DNA from: Candidatus Latescibacterota bacterium
Lineage (GTDB): Bacteria; Latescibacterota; UBA2968; UBA8231
Assembly: GCA_964291625.2 (NCBI GenBank)
Contig: OZ220090.1
Location: 448,001 to 512,000, forward strand
DNA: 64,000 bases
Direction: 5' to 3'
Part shown: piece after piece, positions 20,260 to 29,973 of the stretch
Position numbering within the stretch: position 1 is the stretch's first letter
How the letters are laid out: the number at the start of each line of letters is the position of its first letter
Notes under the pieces: model-generated
Seen by the model: the letters and a program-made list of their open reading frames with translations, nothing else
The model's database searches: none
Told to the model about the DNA's origin: nothing
Made by a program: the position numbers and the translations under genes

Positions 20260-21705
20260 ATGCGCGTTGAAGGGGCAGGCCGCCCGCTGGCGGCTCCCGA
20301 AGAGGTCCATGACCCGGCCTCTCTGACCGGTACCCGGTTTCCCGGACAGGGTTGCGCCGAGACATCGGCCCCTGCCGCTGCTCTCGACGAGTCTCACCGC
20401 GACCTCCTCGACGGGGAGTACTGGCGCAGGATCCCCGCCTACGCCGGTCTGGGTGCCGACGAGTTTCACGATCACCGGTTCCAGAGCCGGAACTGCGTTT
20501 CCAGCCTCCAGAAGCTGCGCCAGGTTCTTGGCGGCCTCGTCTCCGAGGCGTTCTACGCCGACGTCGAAGCCGGCCTGCGCCTGTCAACCATGAGCCTGCG
20601 CATCTCCCCGTACCTGATCTCCCTCGTCGACTGGTCGGCGCCCGACGTCGATCCGGTCCGGACCCAGTTTCTCCCTCTGGGTTCGCGGCACGAGGCCGAC
20701 CACCCCGAGCTGGCCCTCGACTCCCTCAACGAGCAGGCCGATTCACCCGTGCCCGGACTCACGCACCGCTACCACGACCGGGCCCTGTTCCTGGCTCTGG
20801 ACACCTGCCCCGTGTACTGCAGGTTCTGCACGCGTTCCTACTCCGTGGGCCTCGACACCGCCGGCGTGGACAAGGTCCACTTCGGGGTCAGCCGCCAGCG
20901 CTGGGAGCAGGCCTTCGACTACATCCGCCGCACGCCCGGCATCGAGGACGTGGTCGTCAGCGGCGGCGACATGTACAACCTCAAGGCCGAGCAGGTCGAG
21001 TTGCTGGGCCGGACCCTGCTCGACATCGAGCACGTGCGCAGGTTCCGTTACGCCACCAAGGGCCCGGCGGTGATGCCGCAGAAGCTGGTCACCGATCCCG
21101 ATTGGGTGCGCGCCGTTACCACCGTCGTCGCCGAGGGCCGCCGCCGCCACAAGGAGGTGGCTCTGCACACGCACTTCAACCACCCCGGGGAGATCACCGC
21201 CTTCACCCGCCGCGCCATGGAAGGGCTGATGGCGGAGGGCATGGTCGTCCGCAACCAGACGGTCCTGCAGCGCGGGGTGAACGACGACGCCGACACCATG
21301 CAGCTCCTGGTCCGGCGCCTGGGATACCTCAACATCCACCCCTACTACGTCTTTCTGCACGACATGGTCCGCGGCGTCGAAGAGTTGCGCACGAGCCTGA
21401 GGACCGCCATCGATATCGAGAAGCAGGTCCGTGGCGTCACCGCGGGTTTCAACCTTCCCGCCTTCGTTCTCGACACCATGGGGGGCGGGGGCAAGCGGGA
21501 CGTCCACTCCTACGAGCGCTACGACCAGGAGACCGGGATCTCCGTTTTCACCAGTCCCGTGGTGAGGCCGGGGCAGCGTTTCCTGTTCTTCGACCCGATG
21601 CACAGCCTCGGGCCGAAGGCGCGGGCGCTCTGGTCCGATCCCGACTCCAGGGCCGGCATGATCGCCGAGGCCCTGGAGGACCGGGCCGCAGGAGCCAGAT
21701 CCTGA
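20260..21705 (+). CDS. KamA-family radical SAM protein (lysine 2,3-aminomutase-like)
   Basis: GLTHRYHDR, CPVYCRFCTR, SGGD, THFNHP, NQTVLQRGVND, GGGGK; start uncertain. Confidence 0.85.
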   Translation: MRVEGAGRPLAAPEEVHDPASLTGTRFPGQGCAETSAPAAALDESHRDLLDGEYWRRIPAYAGLGADEFHDHRFQSRNCVSSLQKLRQVLGGLVSEAFYADVEAGLRLSTMSLRISPYLISLVDWSAPDVDPVRTQFLPLGSRHEADHPELALDSLNEQADSPVPGLTHRYHDRALFLALDTCPVYCRFCTRSYSVGLDTAGVDKVHFGVSRQRWEQAFDYIRRTPGIEDVVVSGGDMYNLKAEQVELLGRTLLDIEHVRRFRYATKGPAVMPQKLVTDPDWVRAVTTVVAEGRRRHKEVALHTHFNHPGEITAFTRRAMEGLMAEGMVVRNQTVLQRGVNDDADTMQLLVRRLGYLNIHPYYVFLHDMVRGVEELRTSLRTAIDIEKQVRGVTAGFNLPAFVLDTMGGGGKRDVHSYERYDQETGISVFTSPVVRPGQRFLFFDPMHSLGPKARALWSDPDSRAGMIAEALEDRAAGARS

Positions 21706-21789
21706 CGATGGAGAGTCTGCCAGGCAGGCTCCCAGGCGGAGGAAGGACCCCGCGAGGGCGCCTCCTCCCGGAAACGGAAGTGACGGAAG

Positions 21790-23490
21790 ATGAACCCAAA
21801 GGCAGTCATTCTGCCCGCCGACCTGTGGCTCGCCGTCCTCTGCGGCCTCGGGTTGCTGCTGGTGGGCGTCGGCATCGGGTACTTCATCAACCTCTATCTG
21901 CGAAGGCCCGATCAGAGCCGTTTGGAAGAGGAAGCCGAGGCCAGGGCCGTGCGCCGCCTCGCCGAGCAGGAGCGCGCCCAGCGTCTGGCATTTCTCGAGG
22001 AGAAGGACGGCTGGTACAAGCTGAAGGCCGACCAGGAGAACCAACTGGAGACGGCCCTTGAAGAGCAGGGCCGCCGGGAGAAGGACCTGGCGACCCGGGA
22101 GCGGGAGATCGACACCCGGCGGCAGGAGGTGCGCAAGGAGTGGAGCCGTTTCAAGAACCAGGAGCGGCGCCTCAACTCGAGGGAGCGCAGCCTCCGGTCC
22201 ACCGAGGTGGAGATCGAGACGATGCAGCGGGAGTTCCGGGAAAAGCTGGAACTCGCCGCCAATCTCACCGAGGACGAGGCCAAGGAGCAGCTCCTCGAGC
22301 ACCTCTCCGGCAAGGTGCGGGCCCGGGCGGCGGCCATGATCCGGGCCGAGAGAACGCGGGCCCGGGAGGAGGCGGACCGGGAGGCGCGCAAGATCGTCGC
22401 CCAGGCCATTCAGCGCTGCGCCGTGGAGGAAGCGGAGCAGGCGGCCACCTCAACTCTGACGATCCCCAGTGAGAGCCTCAAGAGCCGGATCATCGGCAAG
22501 GAGGGCCGCAACGTGCGCGCCTTCGAGCACGCCACGGGGGTCAAGGTCGTGGTCGACGACACGCCCGACACGGTACTGCTCTCCTCCTTCGATCCACTCC
22601 GCCGCGAGGTGGCGGCGCGCTCGATGGAGCGCCTGGTCCGCGACGGCGGGTTCACCCCCAACCGGATCGAGGAGGTGGTGGCCGAGGCCCGCCGTCTCGT
22701 CGACAAGGAAATGGAGGAGGCGGGTCACCGCGCCCTCGGCAAGATCGGGGCGAGCGACTACCACCCGGACCTACCCGCCGCGGTAGGGCGGCTCAAGTTC
22801 CGCTCCAGCTACGGGCAGAACCAGCTACAACATTGCCTGGAGGTGGGACAACTGGCGGGGCTCATGGCCCTGGAGATCGGCCTCGACGCCCCCCTCGCCC
22901 GGAGGGCCGGACTGCTGCACGACATCGGCAAGACGGTGAGCCGGGAGATGGAGGGCTCGCATATCGAGCTCGGAGTGGAGATGGCCGAGCGCTTCGACGA
23001 GCACCCCGTGGTACGCGAGGTCATCGCCGAGAGCCACGAGGACCACGATCGCGTCGATCCGATCTGCTTCCTGGTGAAGGCCGCCGACGCCATCTCCTCG
23101 GTCCGGCCGGGGGGCCGACGGGAGGACTTCGAGGGCTACGCCCGCCGAATCATGAAACTGGAGGAGATCGCCACCTCCTTCGAGGGGGTGAAGGACGTCT
23201 ACGCCATCAACGCCGGACGCGAGATCCGCGTCATGGTACGCGGTGAGCAGGTGAGCGACGACGACGCCGAGATCCTGGCCTTCCACATCGCCGAGCGCGT
23301 GAAGAACGAGTTGACCTTCGCCGGCGAGGTGAAGGTGGTGGTCGTCCGCGAGACCCGCGCCGCCCGGAGCACCAGCCTGCGGCCTCGCGGTCCACGAAGC
23401 GGCAACCCGAGGTCGAGGCGCCGGGCTCACGATTCCTCCCCCCGCAACGGCCGCCATGCTCGAAACGGACAGCCCCGGCCCGGCGGGTAG
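21790..23490 (+). CDS. rny: Ribonuclease Y
   Basis: N-terminal TM, coiled coil, KH domain (RIIGKEGRNVRAFE), RSSYGQN, HD domain (GLLHDIGK), AINAGREIRV. Confidence 0.95.
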   Translation: MNPKAVILPADLWLAVLCGLGLLLVGVGIGYFINLYLRRPDQSRLEEEAEARAVRRLAEQERAQRLAFLEEKDGWYKLKADQENQLETALEEQGRREKDLATREREIDTRRQEVRKEWSRFKNQERRLNSRERSLRSTEVEIETMQREFREKLELAANLTEDEAKEQLLEHLSGKVRARAAAMIRAERTRAREEADREARKIVAQAIQRCAVEEAEQAATSTLTIPSESLKSRIIGKEGRNVRAFEHATGVKVVVDDTPDTVLLSSFDPLRREVAARSMERLVRDGGFTPNRIEEVVAEARRLVDKEMEEAGHRALGKIGASDYHPDLPAAVGRLKFRSSYGQNQLQHCLEVGQLAGLMALEIGLDAPLARRAGLLHDIGKTVSREMEGSHIELGVEMAERFDEHPVVREVIAESHEDHDRVDPICFLVKAADAISSVRPGGRREDFEGYARRIMKLEEIATSFEGVKDVYAINAGREIRVMVRGEQVSDDDAEILAFHIAERVKNELTFAGEVKVVVVRETRAARSTSLRPRGPRSGNPRSRRRAHDSSPRNGRHARNGQPRPGG

Positions 23491-23505
23491 AGCCTTGGAG
23501 TCTTC

Positions 23506-23943
23506 TTGGCGACGGTGAGGAAGAGGGGCCGCGGAACCCTCACCAGCCTGTGGCGGGCGATCGGCCGCTTGGCGTCCCCGCGGACTCCCGTGGCCGGGCG
23601 CAAGTCGGACGGGGCCGCCCCCCTCAGAGGGACTCCGCGCCTGCGCCGACACTCGGACGGACGCCCCCGGTGCGTCGCCTGCGCCCTGTGCGCCGCCGCC
23701 TGCCCGTCGGACTGCATTCGCATCGAAGCCTCGGCTCCGCCCTGGGTCGAGGAGGCCGACCTGCCCGCCACGAGCGAACGCTGGCCTGCCGTCTTCGAGC
23801 TCGATCTGGGGCGCTGCCTCCTGTGCGGTCTGTGCGAGTCGGCCTGCCCCGAGGAGGCGATCTCCCTCGACCAGGAGCCGGTGCCGGTGGCCGGAGAGCG
23901 CGCGTCACTTCGCCTGGGGCGCGATGCCCTGCTGCGGCGGTGA
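23506..23943 (+). CDS. NuoI-like 2x[4Fe-4S] protein
   Basis: RCVACALCAAACPSDCI and FELDLGRCLLCGLCESACPEEAI. Confidence 0.8.
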   Translation: MATVRKRGRGTLTSLWRAIGRLASPRTPVAGRKSDGAAPLRGTPRLRRHSDGRPRCVACALCAAACPSDCIRIEASAPPWVEEADLPATSERWPAVFELDLGRCLLCGLCESACPEEAISLDQEPVPVAGERASLRLGRDALLRR

Positions 23944-25121
23944 CACGACTCGCCATTCTCGGCAGTACCGGCTCCATCGGGAGGACGACCCTCGCCGTTC
24001 TCGAGGGGCTCCGCCGCCAGGACGGAGACGCCGAGTGGGAGGTCGTGGCCCTGGCGGCGGGGCGCCGCGTCGAGGACCTGATCCACCAGGCGAGGGCGTG
24101 GTCTCCCGGTCTCGTCTGCGTGGCCGCGAGCGCCGACGCCCGCAAGGCCAGGGAAGAGCTGCCCGGCGTCGAGGTGCTCTACGGGGGACGGGGACTGTGC
24201 GAGCTTGTCGCCGACGGCCGGGTGGATGTCGTCGTCAACGGGCTGGTGGGGGCCGTGGGGCTGCCGCCGACGGTGAGGGCTCTGAAGGCCGGCAAGACCG
24301 TCGCCATGGCCAACAAGGAACCCCTGGTCATGGCCGGGGGGCTGTTGCAGGAGGCCGCAGTGGCGGGTGGAGGTGAGCTCCTGCCCGTGGACAGCGAGCC
24401 CAGCGCCCTCTGGCAGTGCCTGCGGGGGGAGCGTGAGGAGGACGTCTCCCGGTTGATCCTGACCGCCTCGGGGGGCGCCTTCCGCGACCGCAGCCGATCG
24501 GAGCTTGCCAGGGTGACCGCCGCCGAGGCCCTCCATCACCCGACCTGGCGGATGGGGCCCAAGATCACCGTTGATTCGGCGACCCTGATGAACAAGGGTT
24601 TCGAGGTCATCGAGGCGGCCTGGCTCTTCGGAGTGGACGTGGACCGCGTGGAGGTCGTGATTCACCGGGAATCGATCGTTCACTCCCTGGTGGAGTTCAC
24701 CGACGGCTCGATCCTGGCCCACCTCGGACGGACCGACATGAGCCTGCCGATCCAGTACGCCCTCACCCATCCCGTGCGCAAGCCCGGTCCCTTGCCACGG
24801 CTCGATCTGGCCGATGTGGGCGCCCTGCACTTCGAAGCCCCCGACCCGGAGCGGGTACCGGGCCTGTCCCTGTGCCGCGATGCGGCGCGGGCCGGCGGCA
24901 CGGCACCGGCGGCGCTGAACGCCGCCAACGAGGTCGCCGTCTCCGCCTTCCTCGAAGGGCGGCTGGGCTTTCTGGATATTCACGAACTGAACCTGAGCGT
25001 GGTCGATGGCTGGAATCCAGGCCCCGCCACCGACCTCGAGACGGTCCTCGAAGCCGACCGCCAGGCGCGGGCGCGGGCCGTGGAACGCCTGAGTCCCGCC
25101 ACCGCCGGGACCCGCCGCTGA
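23940..25121 (+). CDS. dxr: 1-deoxy-D-xylulose-5-phosphate reductoisomerase
   Basis: ILGSTGSIG, ANKE, PVDSE, LTASGG, HPTWRMGPKITVDSATLMNKGFE, NAANE. Confidence 0.95.
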   Translation: MTRLAILGSTGSIGRTTLAVLEGLRRQDGDAEWEVVALAAGRRVEDLIHQARAWSPGLVCVAASADARKAREELPGVEVLYGGRGLCELVADGRVDVVVNGLVGAVGLPPTVRALKAGKTVAMANKEPLVMAGGLLQEAAVAGGGELLPVDSEPSALWQCLRGEREEDVSRLILTASGGAFRDRSRSELARVTAAEALHHPTWRMGPKITVDSATLMNKGFEVIEAAWLFGVDVDRVEVVIHRESIVHSLVEFTDGSILAHLGRTDMSLPIQYALTHPVRKPGPLPRLDLADVGALHFEAPDPERVPGLSLCRDAARAGGTAPAALNAANEVAVSAFLEGRLGFLDIHELNLSVVDGWNPGPATDLETVLEADRQARARAVERLSPATAGTRR

Positions 25122-25131
25122 GGGAGGGACG

Positions 25132-25404
25132 ATGTCCGCAAAGAGATCCAGGCTACCCGCCGAAGCACGGCCCCGGGACCCTGCCGCGCTCTACGAGGCA
25201 TCCCACCGCGTGCTGCGCTTTCTCACCGGCGTGATGATCGTCGCTTTCCTCCTCATCGTGGTGCTCACCACGATCTCCACCGGCCCCTTCGTGCAGGTCA
25301 CCGCCCGGGGCCTCTACTTCCTGATTCTCGCCGTGCCCGTCGCTTCTCTCCTCACCTGGATCCTGCGCCTGTGGGCCGAGCGGCGGGCAGCACGCCCCCG
25401 GTGA
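25132..25404 (+). CDS. Small 2-TM hypothetical protein
   Basis: GGAGG RBS; two hydrophobic helices. Confidence 0.6.
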   Translation: MSAKRSRLPAEARPRDPAALYEASHRVLRFLTGVMIVAFLLIVVLTTISTGPFVQVTARGLYFLILAVPVASLLTWILRLWAERRAARPR

Positions 25405-25451
25405 GCCGCGCCGCCTGAAGCGTCCCCGGGGGCCGTTCCCCCCTCCGGTCG

Positions 25452-25892
25452 ATGGAAACCCTCACCGCCAAAGGGCACTTTCACGCCGCCCACCGGCAGC
25501 TCGACTACGACGGCAAGTGCGCCCATGTCCACGGTCACACCTGGCGGGGTTCCTTCGTCGTGCGGGCCGAGCGTTTTCCGCGTCTGGAGGGCATCGACAT
25601 GTCAGTCGACTTCGGGGCCCTCAAGCAGATATTCAGGAATCTCGACCATCGCCTGCTGGTCTCTGGCCGGGACGAGATCTTTCTCGACAGCCGGCTCTTC
25701 GAGCCCGACGGCATCGTGCTGATCCCCGGCGCCAACCCGAGCGTCGAGAACGTCGCCCGGTACTGCATGGAGCGGGCGGTGGAAGCCTTGTCCGAGTTGT
25801 TCCCCGACCGGGGAATCGACTACGATTTGGAGGTCACCATCCAGGAGACGGACAACAACCTCTTTGCCCTGCGGCGGTCGGTGACCATCTGA
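25452..25892 (+). CDS. queD: 6-carboxytetrahydropterin synthase (QueD/PTPS family)
   Basis: FHAAH, CAHVHGHTW, DFGALK, LDH, PSVENVA, ET motifs. Confidence 0.8.
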   Translation: METLTAKGHFHAAHRQLDYDGKCAHVHGHTWRGSFVVRAERFPRLEGIDMSVDFGALKQIFRNLDHRLLVSGRDEIFLDSRLFEPDGIVLIPGANPSVENVARYCMERAVEALSELFPDRGIDYDLEVTIQETDNNLFALRRSVTI

Positions 25893-25895
25893 ACC

Positions 25896-26150
25896 ATGCC
25901 TCGCGAAGCGCTGATGACCGTGGCCGAGGTTTCCGAGTACCTCGCGTGTTCCGTTTCGATGGTGAGAAGGCTGGCCCAGCGGTCGGAGATCCCCTACTAC
26001 CGCTTGGGCCGCCTCCTGCGTTTCCGGCGCGCCGATGTCGATGCCTGGCTCGAAGCGCGCCACGAGGGCGGACCCTCCTCCCACGGCCGCAGGACCGCCG
26101 CCCACCCCGACCAGTTGATCCTGTTCGAAGTCGATTCGGGGAGAGCATGA
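25896..26150 (+). CDS. Excisionase-family (HTH_17) DNA-binding protein
   Basis: LMTVAEVSEYL...IPYYRLGRLLRFRRADVDAWL. Confidence 0.85.
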   Translation: MPREALMTVAEVSEYLACSVSMVRRLAQRSEIPYYRLGRLLRFRRADVDAWLEARHEGGPSSHGRRTAAHPDQLILFEVDSGRA

Positions 26151-26214
26151 ACCTCCGCGGAGGTCCGGATACCGGTCCGGCTCCCCGGGACGCCGCCGGC
26201 CCGGAGGGCGGCGG

Positions 26215-28497
26215 ATGAAGGACGGCGGCATCGAGAGAGTGGCCGTTCTCGGAGCCGGCGTCATGGGCAGCCAGATCGCGGCGCTCATGGCCAACGCCGG
26301 ACTCGAGGTCGACCTGCTCGACCTCCCCCAAGGCTCCGACGAGTCGGGCCGCGCGCGGGCCGGACTCGAGAGCCTGGGGCGGCTGCGGCCGAGCCCTCTC
26401 TTTCTGCCGGAGGCGGCGGAACGGATCCATCCCGGCTCCCTCAGCGGCACCCCGGACCTCACGCACGTCCAGTGGGTGGTCGAGGCCGTGGTCGAGGACC
26501 TCCAGGTCAAGCGCTCCCTCTTCGAACGCATTGGCCCGGGCCTCGGGTCCTCCACGTTGCTGACCAGCAACACCTCCGGACTGTCCATCGCCGCTCTCGC
26601 CGAGGGCCTTCCGGCGGACCTGCGTCGCCGGTTCCTCGGCGTCCACTTCTTCAATCCGCCGCGCTACATGAAGCTCGTCGAGCTGATCCCGGGGCCCGGG
26701 ACCGATCCCTCCCGGATGGAGGAGATGTCCACCTTCCTGCGCAGCCGCCTCGGCAAGGGGGTGGTCGCCTGCCGGGACACGCCGAACTTCATCGCCAATC
26801 GGCTCGGCCTCTTCGCCGTCATGGACGCCCTGCGGCGCATGGAGGCCGACGGACTCACCGTGGAGGAGGTCGACGCCGTCACCGGCCCGGTGTTGGGACG
26901 CCCCCGCAGCGCCACCCTGAGGCTGTGCGACCTCATCGGCCTGGACACCCTCGTCCACGTGGCCCGCACGGCCCGGGACGGTCTGGAGCACGATCCCGGC
27001 CGCGGTGTCTTCGATCCCGGTGACGGAGTGCGCGCCATGGTCGAGGCCGGGCTCCTCGGAGAGAAGGCCGGGAGCGGCTTCTACCGCAGGGGAGAGGGGG
27101 GCATCGAGGCCATCGACCTTGCCACTCTTGGGTACCGGGCCCGGCGTTCGGTCAGGCCGTCCCTGCCAACCCGGGGGCACCTCGGCGAGCGCCTAGCCGC
27201 GGTGACCGGCGGCGAGGATCGTCTCGCCCGCTTCGCGCGCGACCACCTCTTCGCGGCCCTGGGCTACTGTGCCACCTGCGCGGCGGAGGTGGCCGACTCC
27301 CTCGAGGACATCGACCGGGTCCTGCGCTGGGGCTTCCACTGGGAGGCCGGCCCCTTCGAGCAGATCGATCTCATCGGCGCCGGCGTCCTGATCAAAGGGT
27401 TGGAGGAGGCCGGCACCGAGCCGCCGGAGCTGCTCGCCCGCATCGCCGCCAGTGGGACAGGGCGGGTCTATGAAACTGGTTCCGGAGAACGCAGCGTGAT
27501 GGCCCCGGACGGCGGGGGATACCGCCCTCTCCGCGCCTCGGGCCCCCCGGCCGACGCGGACCTCCTTTCGGGGGCCGAGGTCCTGCGCGAATGCGAGACG
27601 GCGCGCCTGGTCCGGCTCGGTGACGGCGCGGCGGCGATCGAGCTGCGCGGCAAGCTCAACGTCCTCGGCCCCGGGTCACTGGCCTTCACCCGCGACACCG
27701 TCGCCGAAGGCGATTTCGATCTCCTGGTCCTCACCGGGGCCGGGGAGCATCTGTCGGCCGGCGCCGACCTGAGGTATGTCCTGCAGCGGATCGATGCCGG
27801 CGCCTGGGCGGAGCTGGACACCTACCTGCAGCTCTTTCAGCAGGCCACCGCGGGGGTGCGCTACGCGCCGATGCCTGTGGTCACGGCGGCGCGGGGCCTG
27901 GCCCTTGGCGGCGGCTGCGAGTTCAATCTCTCGGCCGCTTCCCGGGTGGCCGCCGCGGAACTGCGCCTCGGTCTGGTGGAGACCCGCATCGGGGTCGTGC
28001 CCGGGGCCGGAGGCTGCAAGGAGATGGTGCGGCGCTTCGGCGCGGATGTCGATGCCTTCCTGCCCGCGCTTCAGGCGGGACGGATGTCCGACAACGCGCT
28101 GCAGGCGCGGGCCTGGGGATTCCTCGACGACTCGGATGACATCCGGCTCGACGGCGACCGGCTCCTGGAAGCCGCTGTGACGAGGGCCCGGGAACTGGTC
28201 TCCGGCGGATGGTCCCCGCCGCGGCCCCGGGACCTGCCGGTGGCCGGTCCCGATGTGCTCGAGAGGCTGCACGCCGGGATCGACGCCGGCGCGGCAGAGG
28301 GCCGTCTGGGCGCCCACGACGCGGTCGTGGGCAAGGCCCTGTCGCGGGTCGTCTGCGGCGGCGGCGCCCGCGGCACGATCTCGGAGCAAGGGCTGCTCGA
28401 TCTCGAGCGCGAAGCCTTCCTCGAGCTCTGCGGCACGGAGGCCACCCGGGCGAGGATCGCCCACATGCTGGAAACCGGCAAACCCCTGCGCAACTGA
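26215..28497 (+). CDS. 3-hydroxyacyl-CoA dehydrogenase / enoyl-CoA hydratase (FadN-like)
   Basis: VLGAGVMG, EAVVEDL, SNTSG, HFFNPPRYM, ALGGGCE, ETRIGVVPGAGG, HMLETGKPLRN. Confidence 0.9.
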   Translation: MKDGGIERVAVLGAGVMGSQIAALMANAGLEVDLLDLPQGSDESGRARAGLESLGRLRPSPLFLPEAAERIHPGSLSGTPDLTHVQWVVEAVVEDLQVKRSLFERIGPGLGSSTLLTSNTSGLSIAALAEGLPADLRRRFLGVHFFNPPRYMKLVELIPGPGTDPSRMEEMSTFLRSRLGKGVVACRDTPNFIANRLGLFAVMDALRRMEADGLTVEEVDAVTGPVLGRPRSATLRLCDLIGLDTLVHVARTARDGLEHDPGRGVFDPGDGVRAMVEAGLLGEKAGSGFYRRGEGGIEAIDLATLGYRARRSVRPSLPTRGHLGERLAAVTGGEDRLARFARDHLFAALGYCATCAAEVADSLEDIDRVLRWGFHWEAGPFEQIDLIGAGVLIKGLEEAGTEPPELLARIAASGTGRVYETGSGERSVMAPDGGGYRPLRASGPPADADLLSGAEVLRECETARLVRLGDGAAAIELRGKLNVLGPGSLAFTRDTVAEGDFDLLVLTGAGEHLSAGADLRYVLQRIDAGAWAELDTYLQLFQQATAGVRYAPMPVVTAARGLALGGGCEFNLSAASRVAAAELRLGLVETRIGVVPGAGGCKEMVRRFGADVDAFLPALQAGRMSDNALQARAWGFLDDSDDIRLDGDRLLEAAVTRARELVSGGWSPPRPRDLPVAGPDVLERLHAGIDAGAAEGRLGAHDAVVGKALSRVVCGGGARGTISEQGLLDLEREAFLELCGTEATRARIAHMLETGKPLRN

Positions 28498-28510
28498 AGG
28501 GAGGGATCCC

Positions 28511-29959
28511 ATGGGACTGCGCACGGCGGCGGAGTACATGGAAGGGCTGCGGGACGGGCGCACGGTGTACTTCCATGGAAGACCCGTGGCCGATGTGACC
28601 GGCCATCCCCATCTGGGAGTAGCCGCCGGGCACGCGGCTCTCGACTTCGAGCTGGCCGAGGACGACCGGCACAAGGAGCTCTTCACCTGGACGGACGACG
28701 AGGGTTCCCTCCACAGCCGCTACTACAAACGGCCCGAGTCGTCCGGGGACCTGCTGAACCGGCGCGAGATGATCGAGACCTCCACGCGCCGCGGACGCAG
28801 CGTCGTGCTTCTGGTCAAGGAGATCGGAACCGACGCCCTCTTCGCCCTCGACCTGGTCACCCGGGTCGTCGACGACAAGGCCGGTACGGCCTACAACGAC
28901 CGGGTCGCTGCCTTTCACCGACACTGCCGGGACTTCGACCTGACCCTGGCCGTGGCGCAGACGGACGTCAAGGGCGATCGAAGCCTGTTGCCGTCGCAGC
29001 AGGCGCATCCCGACTACTACGTGCGCATCGTCGAGGAGCGCGACGACGGCATCGTCGTGAGGGGCGCCAAAGCCCACACTACGGGAACCCCCGTCGTCGA
29101 CGAGGTCGTCGTCCTGCCCACGAGGGCCATCGGCGCGGAGGACTCTTCCTACGCCGTCTCCTTTGCCGTACCCGTCGATACCCCGGGAGTCAAGCTCCTT
29201 GCCAGCCCCTTCGGCGCCGCCGAGGGGGACAGCTCCTTCCACTACCCGGTCAGCTCGCGGCATCGCCTGGTGGACACCCTCACCGTCTTCGAGGACGTCT
29301 TCGTGCCCAGGGAGCGGGTCTTCCTGCAGGGGGAGTGGCAGGCGGCCGGCTTTCTGGCCAACACCTTCGTGGAGTTCCACCGGTTCACGGCGGTATCCTA
29401 CAAGCCGCCGTTGTGCGACCTCTTCATCGGGGCCGCGGCTCTCCTCGCCGAGTACAACGGCATCGAGAAGGCCGGCCATGTCCGTGAGAAGCTGACGCAG
29501 CTGATCGCTTGGACCGAGACCGTGCGCGGCCTGAGCCGGGCGGCGGCCCACGACTGCCGCATCACCGATTCCGGCCTCGCCGTGCCAGAGGTGGTCCTCA
29601 CCAACCTCGCCAAGTTTCACTTCGCAGCGCGCTACCACGACGCGATCCGCTGGGTGCAGGACATCGCCGGCGGCCTGGTCGTGACGGGTCCTTCGGAGCA
29701 GGACATGGACAGCCCCGAGACCCGCCCGTACATCGACCGGTTCCTCGGCGGCGGCAACGGCGCCGAGGCCTCGGACAGACTGAGAGCGATGAACCTGGTG
29801 CGGGACCTGACCGCCTCCGACTTCGGCGGCTACAACCAGTTTCTCGCCATCCACGCCGAGGGTTCGCTCGAAGCGCAGAAGATCACCATCCACCGGGACT
29901 ACGATATCGATCGCTGCAAGAGCCTGGCGGCCGAAGCGATCGGCGTGGACCGGGGGTGA
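28511..29959 (+). CDS. HpaB / 4-hydroxybutyryl-CoA dehydratase (AbfD) superfamily flavoprotein
   Basis: EYMEGLRD, AQTDVKGDRS, YVRIVEERDDGIVVRGAKAH, FEDVFVPRERVF, DIAGG, HAEGS. Confidence 0.85.
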   Translation: MGLRTAAEYMEGLRDGRTVYFHGRPVADVTGHPHLGVAAGHAALDFELAEDDRHKELFTWTDDEGSLHSRYYKRPESSGDLLNRREMIETSTRRGRSVVLLVKEIGTDALFALDLVTRVVDDKAGTAYNDRVAAFHRHCRDFDLTLAVAQTDVKGDRSLLPSQQAHPDYYVRIVEERDDGIVVRGAKAHTTGTPVVDEVVVLPTRAIGAEDSSYAVSFAVPVDTPGVKLLASPFGAAEGDSSFHYPVSSRHRLVDTLTVFEDVFVPRERVFLQGEWQAAGFLANTFVEFHRFTAVSYKPPLCDLFIGAAALLAEYNGIEKAGHVREKLTQLIAWTETVRGLSRAAAHDCRITDSGLAVPEVVLTNLAKFHFAARYHDAIRWVQDIAGGLVVTGPSEQDMDSPETRPYIDRFLGGGNGAEASDRLRAMNLVRDLTASDFGGYNQFLAIHAEGSLEAQKITIHRDYDIDRCKSLAAEAIGVDRG

Positions 29960-29973
29960 GGGGGGTTAGCCGG

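Noticed and set aside
25896-26150. Prophage or ICE suggested by the excisionase-like HTH
   Set aside because: No integrase, att repeats or phage genes; flanks are metabolic
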